A DNA stretch of 64,000 nucleotides. Origin: Phaeosaccion multiseriatum (lineage: Eukaryota; Protista; Ochrophyta, other classes). The stretch is taken from NCBI GenBank assembly GCA_965112735.1, contig OZ218959.1, positions 62,001 through 126,000 of the forward strand, written 5' to 3'. Shown here piece after piece: positions 23,601 through 35,565 of this stretch; position 1 is the stretch's first letter, and each line of letters opens with the position of its first letter. The position numbers and the translations under genes were made by a program. Under the pieces are notes generated by a model, which saw only the letters and a program-made list of their open reading frames with translations, was not told the DNA's origin and ran no database searches.

Positions 23601-26600
23601 GAGGGAGGAGGAGGAGGAGGAGGAGGAGGAGGAGGAGGAGGAGGAGGAGGAGGAGGTGGAGGAGGAGGTGGGGGGGGGAGACGAGGATCAGGAGGAAGGC
23701 GAGGATCAGAAGGAGCGGGAGGAGGAGGGGAAGAAGGGGCGAACCCCTCGGCGCTCCTGCTGCGCCCTCAGCGGCTTGTACTCGCGGCTGCCGAGGCCGG
23801 TATGAGGGAGATTGTGAGCTCTCCTCCCTCCACCTCCTCGGGCGGCGGACTCCGCTCCGGCGTGATGATGTGCCACCGCCTGGAGGTGCTGACGGCCCTG
23901 CTGGAGGGGGTACTGCCCAGAGCCGTCGTGGCCGGGGGGGGTGACTTGGAGGGTATGTTAGGATCGCACCTGCTCGAGGCTCAGCGTCGCCAGCTGGAAG
24001 AGGCTGATAGAGAGGCGGGCAAGGGCAAGGGGCGGACGCTAGCTGGTGCTGTACCACCAACTGCTGCCCGTGGGACTGTCGCAGAGCTCAAGAAGGGCGA
24101 TGAGGTTGTGTACACGCGACAGAGCGGGGTCGCGGGCACAGGGGAGGGAGAGGGGCTCCGAGCGGAGGTGCTGGCGGTGCACGCGGACCCTGGGGGGGGC
24201 GAGCCATTCTACACCATCCGGATGGCAGCTGATGGGCAGGAGAGGCAGACGGAGCTAAGCAGGCTCACGCTCAAGGTGTGTACTGTGCTCCCCCCCAGCT
24301 TTCTCAGGTCAAAGGCGCGCCCTACCTGCCCATATGCCTGCCCATATGCCTGCCCATATGCCTGCCCATATGCCTGCCCACATCGTTCGGGTTCCCTCGC
24401 GTCCACCCTCTCTGACTGCCCACCTGACTGCCCCAAATCCTTTTTTTCCGTTTCCCCCTGGGACAGTCCTCCCCGGTGGGTCCTGAGGGCGGGGGATACG
24501 CCGAGCAGCAGGGCCAGGCAGAGGCATATGGGCAGGGGCCGATGCCGTCAGTGAGGGGCGAGGTGTCCTCGGCGCTGCAGACCATGACGGCGGAGATGGG
24601 CCCCTCTCTCCTGACCAGGTGAGTGGCCAGAAGGGCAAGTAGGCAAGTGGCACGCAGAGGTTGGGGGCGCAGCGGATGTGCTGTTTTCCGTTATCTCCCT
24701 CTCTGTCCGGCAGGCAGGGGGCGGGTGGATGTGTATGGGCCGGGTAGAGGTGTATGGGCGGGTGGATGTGTATGGAGATGCATACGTACACAAGTGGGCG
24801 TGACCTCTCTGCACCCTGCAGCGCTCCGTCTATCCACCCATCCATCCATCCATCCATCTATCATGTCTTTGCTGACGCCTCGGCCTTCCCTTCCCAATCC
24901 CTCCTTCAGTCTGTCCGAGCGGGCGGAGAGTCAAGTGAAGGGGGTCCAGCGCACCCGAAGCCGTCTCGTGTCAGCGCCAGTGCCCTCGCCATCCACTGCC
25001 ATCCCTTCTGGAGCAGAAGCGTCGCACTCGGCAAAGGAGCTGTCCGCTCTGTCGCGGTGCGTGCTCCCTCCCGCCTTCCGAGCGGCGCTACTGGCCACAG
25101 TCACAGATGGCAGTGACGCACCGGTGCCGCTGGCCCTGTCCCTGTGGGAGGAGTGGCTGAGCAAGGCGGAGGCGGCTGCGGAGGGGAGGGACGACGCCGC
25201 TCTGTGCGGAGCATTGGCGGCCCTCAGCGGCAGCGGAGCCTTTGGGGGCAGCCCCCTCGTGCTGCTGCACAGGAGGAGGGTAACGGGCTTGCTCGAGGGG
25301 GTCAGGGGCGCCTTGCAGAGGGAGGATGAGCGCAGCCAAGCAAGCACCACCGATGGCGGCAGTCAGGGCGGCAGTCAGGGCGGCGGGCAGGGCGGCAGTC
25401 AGGGCGGCAGTCAGGGCGGCAGTCAGGGCGGCGGGCAGGGCGGCGGTGTGGTGGGTGGGGTGTGGGCCTGCCTTGCAGAGGGGGCCCTCTCACTGTGCAC
25501 GCTGGCGGCGGAGGCGCTCTGTTGCTACTCGAGCTTCGCCTCCGTGGGGAGGGGCGGCCAGCAGCAGTTGGTTATTCAGCAGCAACAGCAGGTCAAGGCC
25601 CTCACAGGCGCCTTGGAAGGATGCGTCAGGGCCATTCTCACGCGGCAGCTCGCGAGGGATCAGGGTGGTCAGAGCAGCCCCTGGGGTCTGGATGGAGCGC
25701 AGGCAGGAGCCGAGGCTGCCGCTTGGGACTGGGCCGTGTCAAAAGCCGTGGGGGGCTGCCTGGCTTGCGACTGCAGGTGCGTGCGTGCGTGTGTGTGTGT
25801 GCCTGTCTCCTGCCGCTCGAGACTCGTCCATGGACAGGACAAGGCCGGGGTGTTCCACTTTTACCCTCCTTCCCTTCCTCCATGTATTCCTTTCAACCCA
25901 CGTAGGCTCTTCACCCCCCCCCTCTGAGCCCCTCCCAGTAGCAGCCCCTCACAGCCCCTCTCAAACCGTGCTGCACGTGTTGGGTCTCCGTTCTCCCCCT
26001 CCCCCATGGTGTCAGGTGCTCTCTATCCGGCTTGGGCTCTACCCTGCTGACATCGACCAAGGCCATGGCGGCGCAGTGGGCTCTGCCCAGGCTGCTGAAT
26101 CACCAACAGCTCAAGGAGGGGCAGCGAGTTCCACTCGAGGTGAGGAGCAGAGCAGAGCACTTGAGTGGGGTAGGGGGTCCATGTTTCCTCCTCTTTTGTG
26201 GACCTGCCCGTCATCGAAATCGACATCGAATCGAATTCCATGCTTGGCATTTGTGATGTTGTTGTTTTGAAGCGAGGCCAAAGCACTCACCACTCACGCT
26301 GTGGACGGTGCCACACTACACACTTACCGCGCTTTCGTGCTTCCTTCCCCCTCCCTGGATGGCAGCCTGTGGAGCGGGCGTGCTGCTCCGTGCTGTCGGC
26401 GCTGTCATTGGATGCGGCGCACGGATGGGGGGGTAAGGGCGTCTTGAACCCCTCCTCCCCGCCCGAGCTCGTCATGGGTAAGGGGGAACACAGAGAGATC
26501 TTCGCCGCAGCTGCGAGGAGCGCTCTTGGTGGTGCAGCAGTTGGTGGTATGCCAGGGGAGGCGAAGATGGCGGCAGAGGAGGAGGAGGGGCTTCAGGCCG

Positions 26601-29600
26601 CTCTTTTCCAGGTGGTGCAGACGAATGGCAAACGGGCGGCGTCGGACCCCCGGGGGGCTGTCGCTTCTGTCGACGACCCAGGGGGGGAGGAGGAGGAGGG
26701 GGCGGCAAGAGAGCGCCAGACTTGCGCCTTCGAGGTGCTGCTAGGCCTGAGCACCCTCCCCCCGGGGTGGATGATGGCAGTGGATGGGGCCGTTACAGGG
26801 CTCGACGAGGGAGATGGCGAGGAGGGGGAGGAGGGGGGGGGGGATGGGGAGGAGGCAGGCGGAGGGGCAGACAGAGGAGGGGCGCGCTTGCTCTCGTCGC
26901 TGGCAGAAAGGGGCGTTCGATTCGCTGCCGCGGCCCTGCAGCTCGTGAAAGGAGAAGGGGTTCAAGGGGGGGGCGCAGCAGCAGCAGCAGCAGCAGCAGG
27001 GGCAGGCGTAGGAGCACGCCAGGGCGGACAAGTGCAAGTGGGCGAGGCCGAAGCTTGTAGAGAAGAGGAGGTGAGTGAGTGAGTGAGTGAGTGAGTGAGT
27101 GAGTGAGTGAGTGAGTGAGTGAGTGAGTGAGTACATGAGTGGGGCTGAGTCTCTGTCGGTGTGTCTGTCATGATGTGGCTGTGCTGATTTTGGAGCCCAC
27201 ATCCTAAAGGCCCTTTGGATATTTGGATACGCCACCCCCCCTCCACACACACACAAACACGCACACACACACACACACACGCACCCCCATGCACGCAGGA
27301 GGTGCAGGAGATGAAGGAGGAAGTCGTGCTTGTGGCCAAGGCCTTCCCTCCGTGGCTCCTCGCCCAGATGGAGGCTGACGCGGCCAAGGGGAAGGACGAG
27401 AGGGAGGGGGGTGGCGACAGCTTTAGGCCTGAGGTTGGAGGGAGTGGGGGGACAGGAGAGTCTGGCTCCAAGGGGGGCGCCAGCGGGTACTGCAGCGGCG
27501 ACGGCGAGGGAGACGGAGGAGGGAGTGATGAGCAGGCTTCGTCGGACGAGTCTAGCGAGGCATCAGATGGCAGCTACAGCCTCTCCGGCAACGACGTGGA
27601 GGACGAGGACGACGAGGAGGAGGGGGCGGGCGTGGAGCATCGGCTGCGTGACTATACGCAGCTGCTGAACTGGCTGCTGATGCTCAGCACGCTCAGGGCC
27701 AGGGAGGACCACCAGGACCTCAGGTGGGAGGGGCAAGAGGGGGCGCATTGCTTATGACAGGGGAGGCATTCTGATCTTTCTCTGCTCACGAACGACAGGA
27801 GCGCCTCCTCACCTCTGCCCCTCTTCTGCCCTCCGCCCTTCCTGTGCCCCGCCCGGCCCCTGCCCCTGCCCCTCCCTGCTCCTCACCACCCTCTGCCCCT
27901 CATCACCCTGCTCATCCTGACCATCCCTCACCACCCTCTGCCCCTCATCACCCTGCTCATCCTGACCATCCCTCACCACCCTCTGCCCCTCATCACCCTG
28001 CTCATCCTGACCATCCCTCTTCACTGCTCACCCCTCTTTACTGCTCACTCCAGGGCCGCCCTCCGCGGCTATGTGGTGCGTGCGGGCATCTTCGAGCCGC
28101 TGCTGCTGCGCTGTCTCAGATACCTCATGCGCCCCAACGCGCTGCTCAAGAGGGCCGTGGCGAAGGTGGGAGTGGGATGTGGTGTGGGGGGTTTAATTGA
28201 CTTAATAGGAATCAGGTGTGGGGGGTTGGGGAAGGGGCACGGTATGCGCTGTGCCGTTGTACTCCCCCAATGACTTGCAGGTGCTTTACTTGGCGCTTTT
28301 GATCATCCCTTCCATCAGTGCTGAGCAGGACCGATGCCAAGCTCTTACCTCGCAACCTGTCCTCACATACTGTCCTGTCCTCGCCCTGTCTCTCTGTATC
28401 ACCAACTGCTGTGCCTGCCCTCTATCGTGTATCAACAACTGCTGTGCCTTCCTACAGCCCACCACGCTGGAGAGTGTCCGGGCCGGCCTGTGCCACCCCT
28501 CCGCGCCTTCTTTCTTCTCCACCTTCCGCGGTCACCGCACCTCCGCCTCTTCCTCGTCAGCCTCCTCCTCGTCCTCCTCCTCTTCCTCAGCTCTCTCTCG
28601 CATGCAGAAGCAGGCCGCGGCAAGAGCTCGCAACAACCCCAGCCTGCAGCACTACAGCCACCACAAGCACCACAACAAGCGTCGCCAGGAGGGCGGCCGT
28701 ACCACCAACATGCGTGCCGGCTCGGAGAACATGCAGGTGGTCGCTCTCCTGGCCCTGTGCGAGACGGTGTCGTGCTTCCCTGCGCTGGTGCGTGCGTGGT
28801 GGACGGATGACTGCGACCCCAGCCTGCGCGTGTGGGTGGGGCACTTCACGCAGACTTACATCAGCCCCTCTATAGTTCACAAGGAGATTGAGGTGAGGAG
28901 GAGGGAGGGAGGAATGGAAGGGAGGGAGGGACGGAGGGAGGGAGCCAGGCAGGCAGAGAGGGAGGGAGAGAGGGAAGGAGAGGGAGGGAGCCAGGCAGGA
29001 AGGGAGGGAGAGGGGGAGGGAGAGAGGGAGACAGGCAGGGAGTGAGGGAGTGAGGAGCGAGCCGTACAGAGCGGAGGGCCAGCGGAGGGCCGGAGGGGCG
29101 ACCATCGCATCTTGTCTTGTCTTGTTGTCTCACATCTTTGCATCGGCCCTCGGCCCTCTGCCTCTGGCCTCTACCCTCTCTCTCTCTACCCCCCCCCTCC
29201 CCTCTCTCTCTCTCCAGAGCATCGAGGCGGCCTTCAGCAGCCCCACAGGCCCCCAAGGAGGAGTCTCTAGTGGAGTTACAGACGACGACGCGGCGGATTT
29301 GAGTGTGAGGGGCAGCCGCGTGTCGCGAGAAGTGACCGCCACATACATGAAGGACGAGTGCACGTTGGAGGTGGTGATTCAGGTAAGGCAGGGCGTGGAC
29401 TCACAGGCTGGGCCCTCCCTTACTCTACACTCCTCTGTTCTCTATTCTCTATCCCATCTTCTCTGTCCTTTGCCCTCCCTGCAGCTCCTATTCCCTTCCT
29501 CGCCCTTCAGCTGCCGGCCTGTATGCCTCTAAGCCTCTTGCGCACAAATACTTGTGTCTATGCTATCCCCCTTCCCCGTACCCATACGCCTGTATTCCCT

Positions 29601-30525
29601 TCCTCGCCCTGCCCTGCCCTGCAGCTGCCGGCCTCGTACCCGCTGCGTAACGTGGAGGTGTCATGCACGCGTCGGCTCGGCATCTCTGAGCGGCGCTGGA
29701 GGAGGTGGGTGCTGCAGATCGTCACGCTGCTATCGCTCAAGGACGGATCCGTGCTAGGTGAGTCGGGGTGAGGAGAGTGGAGGGGAGGGGAAGGGAGGAG
29801 AGGGAAGGGGAGAGGAGAGGAGGAGGACGAGGCCGTGGACACTGCACCCGTCCTGCTTTGGATTCCCTCTCTTACCCTGAAACCGCGGCCCCCCTGCAGA
29901 TGCGGTGCTGCTGTGGAAGAAGAACGTTGATCACGAGTTCGACGGCATCGAGGCGTGCGTCATCTGCTACAGGTCAGTCAGTCAGTCAGTCATTCAGTCA
30001 CTCAGTCAGGAGGGAGGGGCTCTGTGCACGGCATGAGCACTCACTACCGCCAAAAGTCACTTGTTGCCACTGCACACACGCTTGCTCGCGCTGACCCGCT
30101 CGCTCTTGTGTCTGCTGCTGTTGCTGCCCAATCACCCCTCCTCTGCTGCTGTTGCTGCCCAATCACCCCTGCTCTGCTCTGTATCACTTCACTGACTTAG
30201 CGTGCTCCACCCGAAGGACATGTCCCTGCCCCGGCTGCAGTGCAAGACCTGCGCCAACCGCTTCCACGCGTCGTGTCTGTACAAGTGGTTCAGCACCAGC
30301 AGGAAGTCCAAGTGCCCCCTCTGCCAGCAGACGTGGTAAGTGTGTGTGTGTGTGTGCGTGTGCGTGCGTGTGGTGCGTGGAGGGGCGCTCCCTGTCCTCC
30401 CCGTCTTCTCTCTCTCTCCCTCTCTTTTCTCTCTCTCTCTCTCTCCCTCTCTCTTGTGTTTGTCCCTCCTATCGCTGCTCACTCCTCCCTCCCAATTGCT
30501 TCTGTTCCGTCCCCTCAGGGCTTAG
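17657..30525 (+). CDS. LTN1: E3 ubiquitin ligase listerin (ribosome quality control), multi-exon
   Basis: N-terminus MGKNKGR...GFIGFSSF...[18 protein letters not shown]-like region [31 protein letters not shown]-terminal [66 protein letters not shown]. Stop is at 30339, or at 30525 if a final intron is spliced. Confidence 0.93.
22295..22510. repeat. Intronic 12 bp tandem repeat (GTGGCAGTGTGA) x~17
   Basis: Direct tandem array after a GT donor in LTN1. Confidence 0.95.
27880..28020. repeat. Intronic 45 bp minisatellite x3
   Basis: CACCACCCTCTGCCCCTCATCACCCTGCTCATCCTGACCATCCCT repeated in an LTN1 intron. Confidence 0.9.
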
Positions 30526-31185
30526 CCTTCGATGCTTGGAGGAGACGCTCTGTAACTACGCTCGCCACTACAGCACTACAGCACTACAGCACTACAGCGC
30601 TACAGTTAGTACAGCCAGCTCCATGCACGCCTCGCCGCCTACCGTAGGCCTATTTTTAAAATTAAAAATTGTCCGACCTAGATAAGACCGTAGTCTCTTG
30701 GTCTGCTTGTGGGGTTGTAGGCTTGCGGGGTGGGGCGGCGGCCTGGTTGTAGGCTTGCTCTGATAGCTCCCCTCCACCCTCCCCCCTCCTAAAGCTCGGC
30801 CGACGCGGTGAGGTCTCTTGCTTTCGTGTTGTCTCTCGCGCGACTCGGCTGTCCTCCTGTCTTGCGAGGAGTGCGTGCCTACCGGCCGTTGTCTGCTGCC
30901 ATGGGAGGCCCCAGGCACGCACGCGCCCGCACCCGCGGCGACGCGGCCGAAGGCTGGAAAGTGAGCGGCCTACATCGTAGAAGAGTAGAACCACCAGGCA
31001 AAAAAGAAAGCTTGCAGGGAGAAGGAGGAGGAGAGAAGAGGGCTGGGGTCGGCAAGAAGTGGGAGAAGAAGGGAGGGTGCGTTAGAAGTCGTACTTTTGC
31101 TAGACTGATACCTACCCTCTGAATAATTCAAGGCAGTTGCTAGAAATCGAACCCCACCCCTCTTAAGCGTAATGAGGTGAACACC

Positions 31186-31330
31186 ACTAAGCTCCGCGCC
31201 AAGCATCGCTTCTCAGCTCCTGTGACTGACTCTGCGTGGAGTAATGGTCTCGCTGAACGAGCTGTACGCACTGCCTGTCGTTTCAGTCTACCGCTCTCTC
31301 CCCTCTGAGTTTCGCATTGGCAGCCATGGC
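31186..31330 (+). mobile_element. Degenerate LTR-retrotransposon integrase (rve) fragment
   Basis: Translates TKLRAKHRFSAPVTDSAWSNGLAERAVRTAC, matching the retroviral/Copia integrase H.fsap.....NG.AER..RT motif. The frame then breaks. No LTRs identified. Confidence 0.55.
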
Positions 31331-32464
31331 TGGCTGGGCTCAGCGTAGCTAGTACTTCGAGTCAGAGAAGGCGAGCGAGTCAGAGAAGGCGAAGGAAGGG
31401 AGAGGGGGCGGGGCGTGGAGCGAGCTGAGAAGACGCGTTGGAACGATGTCAGATTAGCTAGGCTCCCGCAGGGGGTCAAGGGGTGAGCATCCTCCGATGG
31501 GTGTAGGCAATCGTCTTCAGTCTTCAGGGAATGAGCTGGAATAGAAGATGAGGGAGGCTGGAGGGTGCAAGGGGCGGCGAGCGGGGCGACTGAATCCACT
31601 GGAGTAGCAGCACGAGCAGCGGTAAGACCAATCGCAGCAGCAGCGAGCGAGGGGGACTAGAAAGCAGCAGTGCTTTTTTTTTGGCGCTTGTCGTCAGCAG
31701 CGCGTTGTAGCTGGTGCGGTGCGGCAGGGGGGAGGGGGGAGGGGAGGGGCATCAGCACCGGTGCTGGCAATGGCAAGCCTTCCATGAGGTGCAGGCTCGT
31801 CAGACTGGGCAGGTGGAAGGGAGCATCGCAGAGGTAGAGCTTAGCTTAAGAATTGCTCGTATGCTCCTTGATGGTGATGGGTGATGGGCCTTTCACTCCT
31901 CTTTCCTCCCCCCCTCTCAGGTCCCCTCTCAGGTGGCACATAAGCCGTTAAGCCTTTAATTTCGATAATTCACTCTCGCCTCACTGCTATCGTACGTGTT
32001 TTGCACAAACTGTCCCTTCCACTCCCGGTGCCACAGACGGGGATTAGCAAAGGGGGCACAAGGCTCGGGTCAATGAACGGAAACTGAAACTAAATGCATG
32101 TTCCTGGGCTCCTCCCTTCTTCCCATCCTCCCATCTTCCCCCTCCCTGACTTCAGACGGCGGCGCGGACTTGTTGGAAGCGTTCGAGTTGGCGTAACAAG
32201 CATTCATTTGGTTCTCGAGTACCCTGGTGTCGTTACCACTTGGGCCAGGCGCTTGGGAACCCCCTTTGTCTTCAGACTGAAGCCTTCAATTGTCACTCCT
32301 CGTCAGGATAAGACCCCGTTTCTCAGGTGGATCGAGAGAGACAGTGAAAGAGCTGACGCAGTGGATGGACTCGAAGCCCCTTATGCCCTGAGGTGGATTT
32401 GGACCTGTTGAAGAAACGCAAAGGAGTGCAAGGAGGATTGTTTGAAGGGCGCGGAGTTGTGAAA

Positions 32465-34024
32465 ATGCGGAAGACGTGTACTGTTGAGGGGTGTAACAAG
32501 TATCGGATCCAAGGAGGGCTTTGCACTGGGCACGGAGCTGTGCGGCAGAGGTGTACTGTTGAGAGGTGCTACAAGCGTCAGGTCCAAGGAGGACTTTGTA
32601 TTCGCCACGGGGCTGTGGTGAAGAGGTGTACTGTTGAGGGGTGTAACAAGTATCGGGTCCAAGGAGGGCTTTGCATGGGGCACGGAGCTGTGCGGAAGAG
32701 GTGTACTGTTGAGGGGTGCGAGAAGCGTAGGCAGCAAGATGGGATGTGCCTGAGGCATGCACGAGTGAAGAGGGAGGGAGCGGAAGAGAAGGAGGAGATT
32801 GCCCGGCGTACGCATATGCCCAAGCGAGGAGCTGCGACGGACATCAATGGGAGAGGAAGGAAGAAGGCAAAACGCCACACACGAATAAAGGAGCGCAAAG
32901 AGGAGGAAAAGAAGACAATCGAAGAGAAGAAGGACGAGGCGCAAGAGGCGAAGCTCAACGGGCACGAGCAGGAGCAGCAGCAGTTGGATCGGGGTCTGCT
33001 GTCTTTGGAGGCCGGGGAAGAGGGTGGAGAGAAGGGGCTTAACGCAAGGTCTCAGGAAGAGGAGGGGGGGGTAAAGGAGGAGGAGGAACTGAACCTGGCG
33101 CACGCTGAGCTCGAACTGGGTGCCAGTGTCGCCGTGACAGCTTCTCCCAACAAGGCCCTGTCCCAGGAGGAGTTGCTCCGCAAAGTCATTGGGTACGTTG
33201 GTGAGGGTCACAGCGTGTTCATCACGCTGGTGAGCAAGGGGTGGAAGGAAAGCTACAGAGGCCTCTACGCTACAAATACAACGCTTATCAGGAGCGTGGT
33301 AGAGTCTGTGGAGTGCTTGAAGTGGGCCTGGGCTGCGGGTAAGGATCAGAAGGATCACACATGTCAGCTGAGTAAGAAGACCTTAATTAAGGCTGCGGCT
33401 GAGTACGGAGACGTGCCTGTATGCGCGGAACTTCGCGACATGGGATGTGCTTTGGATCGGAGTGTGTGTGTGGCTGCGGTGAACAATGATAGGCGCGGAC
33501 TGAGCATCCTCAAATGGCTGCGAGGGAAGAATTCATGTTTTGAAACAGTGATGCATATCGAAGCAGCTCGGCAGGGGAAGCTAGAGATGCTGGACTGGCT
33601 CCTCAAGGACGCGTTCTTTAACCACAAGTTGTTGAAAGGGTCTATTGAGTCGGGGCGTCTTCCTGTGATTGAGAAGGTGTTCGGCCATTCCAAGGTCAAA
33701 GAAAAGATCATGGAGTCAGAAGGAGCCAGCGAGTGGAGGAAAGGGGCCTTCTTTGCAGCCAAACAAGGCAATCTGCAAGTGCTGCAATGGCTGCAGTCAA
33801 ATGCACGGGAGCTGTGCAGGTGGGATGCACATGTCTACTCGGCAGCCCAGAGCCTCTCTGTACTGATGTGGCTCAACTCAGAGGGGGTAAAGTGTCCCTT
33901 GGGTAAGGAGGCATGCCCACAGGCGAGGAAAGATACGCATTTACGGACAAAAGACCCTGCCGCTTTCGAGGAGATGAAGCAGTGGGTGCACGCCAACGGA
34001 CACCCTTGCGACTGCGAGGACTGA
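32465..34024 (+). CDS. Intronless protein: 4 WRKY19-like CX4CX9CX2H zinc-finger repeats + charged linker + F-box-like segment and degenerate ankyrin repeats
   Basis: Repeats such as RCTVEGCNKYRIQGGLCTGHGA have a 25 aa period. LLRKVIGYVGEGHSVFITLVSKGW is followed by AAEYGDVPV, AARQGKLEMLDWL and AAKQGNLQVLQWL. The track ORF starts at GTG 32393; the first ATG is at 32465. Confidence 0.8.
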   Translation: MRKTCTVEGCNKYRIQGGLCTGHGAVRQRCTVERCYKRQVQGGLCIRHGAVVKRCTVEGCNKYRVQGGLCMGHGAVRKRCTVEGCEKRRQQDGMCLRHARVKREGAEEKEEIARRTHMPKRGAATDINGRGRKKAKRHTRIKERKEEEKKTIEEKKDEAQEAKLNGHEQEQQQLDRGLLSLEAGEEGGEKGLNARSQEEEGGVKEEEELNLAHAELELGASVAVTASPNKALSQEELLRKVIGYVGEGHSVFITLVSKGWKESYRGLYATNTTLIRSVVESVECLKWAWAAGKDQKDHTCQLSKKTLIKAAAEYGDVPVCAELRDMGCALDRSVCVAAVNNDRRGLSILKWLRGKNSCFETVMHIEAARQGKLEMLDWLLKDAFFNHKLLKGSIESGRLPVIEKVFGHSKVKEKIMESEGASEWRKGAFFAAKQGNLQVLQWLQSNARELCRWDAHVYSAAQSLSVLMWLNSEGVKCPLGKEACPQARKDTHLRTKDPAAFEEMKQWVHANGHPCDCED

Positions 34025-34754
34025 CGAAGGAGGCGAACTAGCGGCTCTGCATGGCATCGACAGTGTCGGCACAAGACCCCTCAGGCACAGCAGGACGTGC
34101 AACATCCCGCTGTCCTCTCGCTACAAGCAAGAAGGGGGACAATCAGTCGGAGGTGTCTGCCATCTGCCTACCAGTAGGTCGTGCGCAGCTTCGGGCCCTC
34201 TATAGACACACAGAGAGAAAATACGTAAAGTAAATGAAGGGAAATGGAAGATTAGGAGTAAGTTTGAGACAGAGGCAGGTGGCCGACACTTGAATGCTGC
34301 GTTCTATTGTTGCTGTCCTCGAGCTTCGCGATGAGGCAGTCCCTGAGCGACATCTCCTTGCCGAGCCTGATGATGTCTTGTCGAGCTTAACATTGTCTTG
34401 TCGAGCTTGACATTGTCTTGCCGAGCTGCCTGTGCACCTCGAAGGCTGCTTTTCTCTCGCTCCTCTGTTCGCCCGTCGGCCAGTCACGTCCAGTCAAGTC
34501 AAGTCAAGTCAAGTCAAGTCAAGTCAAGTTAGTGGGTCGGTGCCGTGGTCCCCGCCTCTCACTGCGTGCGCTGTCGGTCGGTCGGTCGGTCGGTCGTTGC
34601 GTTATGCACAGCAGACTCTCGTCCACCCCCCCGCGTTGAGCTCCTCCCGCACGCACCCAACAACGCACGCAACAACGCACGCACGCACCCACAGGCCCCA
34701 GGGGATGACAAAGGTCGGACCTTCGTCCTCCGCGCCCACTCCACATCCGCCCAC

Positions 34755-35085
34755 TCCCATTGCATGAAGCGAAGCCGAAGCCTCAGCCTCAGCCTCGCTA
34801 CACTCCCATTGCATGAAGCAAAGCCTCAGCCTCAGCCTCAGCCTCGCTACGCTCCCATTGCATGAAGCGAAGCCTCAGCCTCAGCCTCAGCCTCGCTACA
34901 CTCCCATGTCGCACACCTCCTGCTCCTGCCCCCAACGAAGCGCCGTTCGGACCCCATGCATCGTGGGCGCGTTGTGCCTGCCGCCGTCCTCCTGGATGGC
35001 ACTCTAATCCTCCTGGATGGCACTCTAATGCTCCTGGATGGCACTCTAATCCTCCTGGATGGCACTCTAATCCTCCTGGATGGTG
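34755..35085. repeat. Intergenic minisatellite cluster (~50 bp unit x3; 21 bp unit x4-5)
   Basis: CCCATTGCATGAAGC..(CCTCAG)n..CTACACT copies at 34755-34908 and CCTGGATGGCACTCTAATCCT copies at 34990-35083. Confidence 0.85.
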
Positions 35086-35565
35086 CCGCCGTCCTTTTGG
35101 ATGGGAGGTGCAGAGCCGCACGAGGTCCCAGCTGCTCCGCTGTGTGTGCGTGTGTGTGCGCGTGTGTGTGTGCGTGTGTGGGCCTTGCTGACACTCGGGA
35201 GGGAGCTCTTCCTTTGGGGAGGCGGCCCAGAGGCCCAGAGGACTCCGAGTCGCGAGGCCAGCCCCCCCCCCCAACTACCTCAGAGAGAGCCTCCCATTAC
35301 CTCGAAGGCTCTGCCGCAGCATAGCACAGGTCACAGATGGCGGCCACTCGCGCGAAGGGCTCCGAGGGGGGAGGGAGGAGGTTACCGGCAATATGCTCTA
35401 GGCTTGTGAGGCCCAACTAGCACCAGATCTGTAGTATTGCGCAATGAGGAGTGAGTGTGCAGCTCAGCTGAGGGAAGGAAAGAAAGCTTCTCCTCTCTGC
35501 AGCTTGGACAGGGAAGGACGCTCCTCCTCCTCAAGGAAGGCGAACTCCTCCACCATGGGCTGGCT

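Noticed and set aside
31780-31830. Possible gag zinc-knuckle remnant on the minus strand
   Set aside because: Requires frameshifts and is opposite in orientation to the integrase fragment; too weak.
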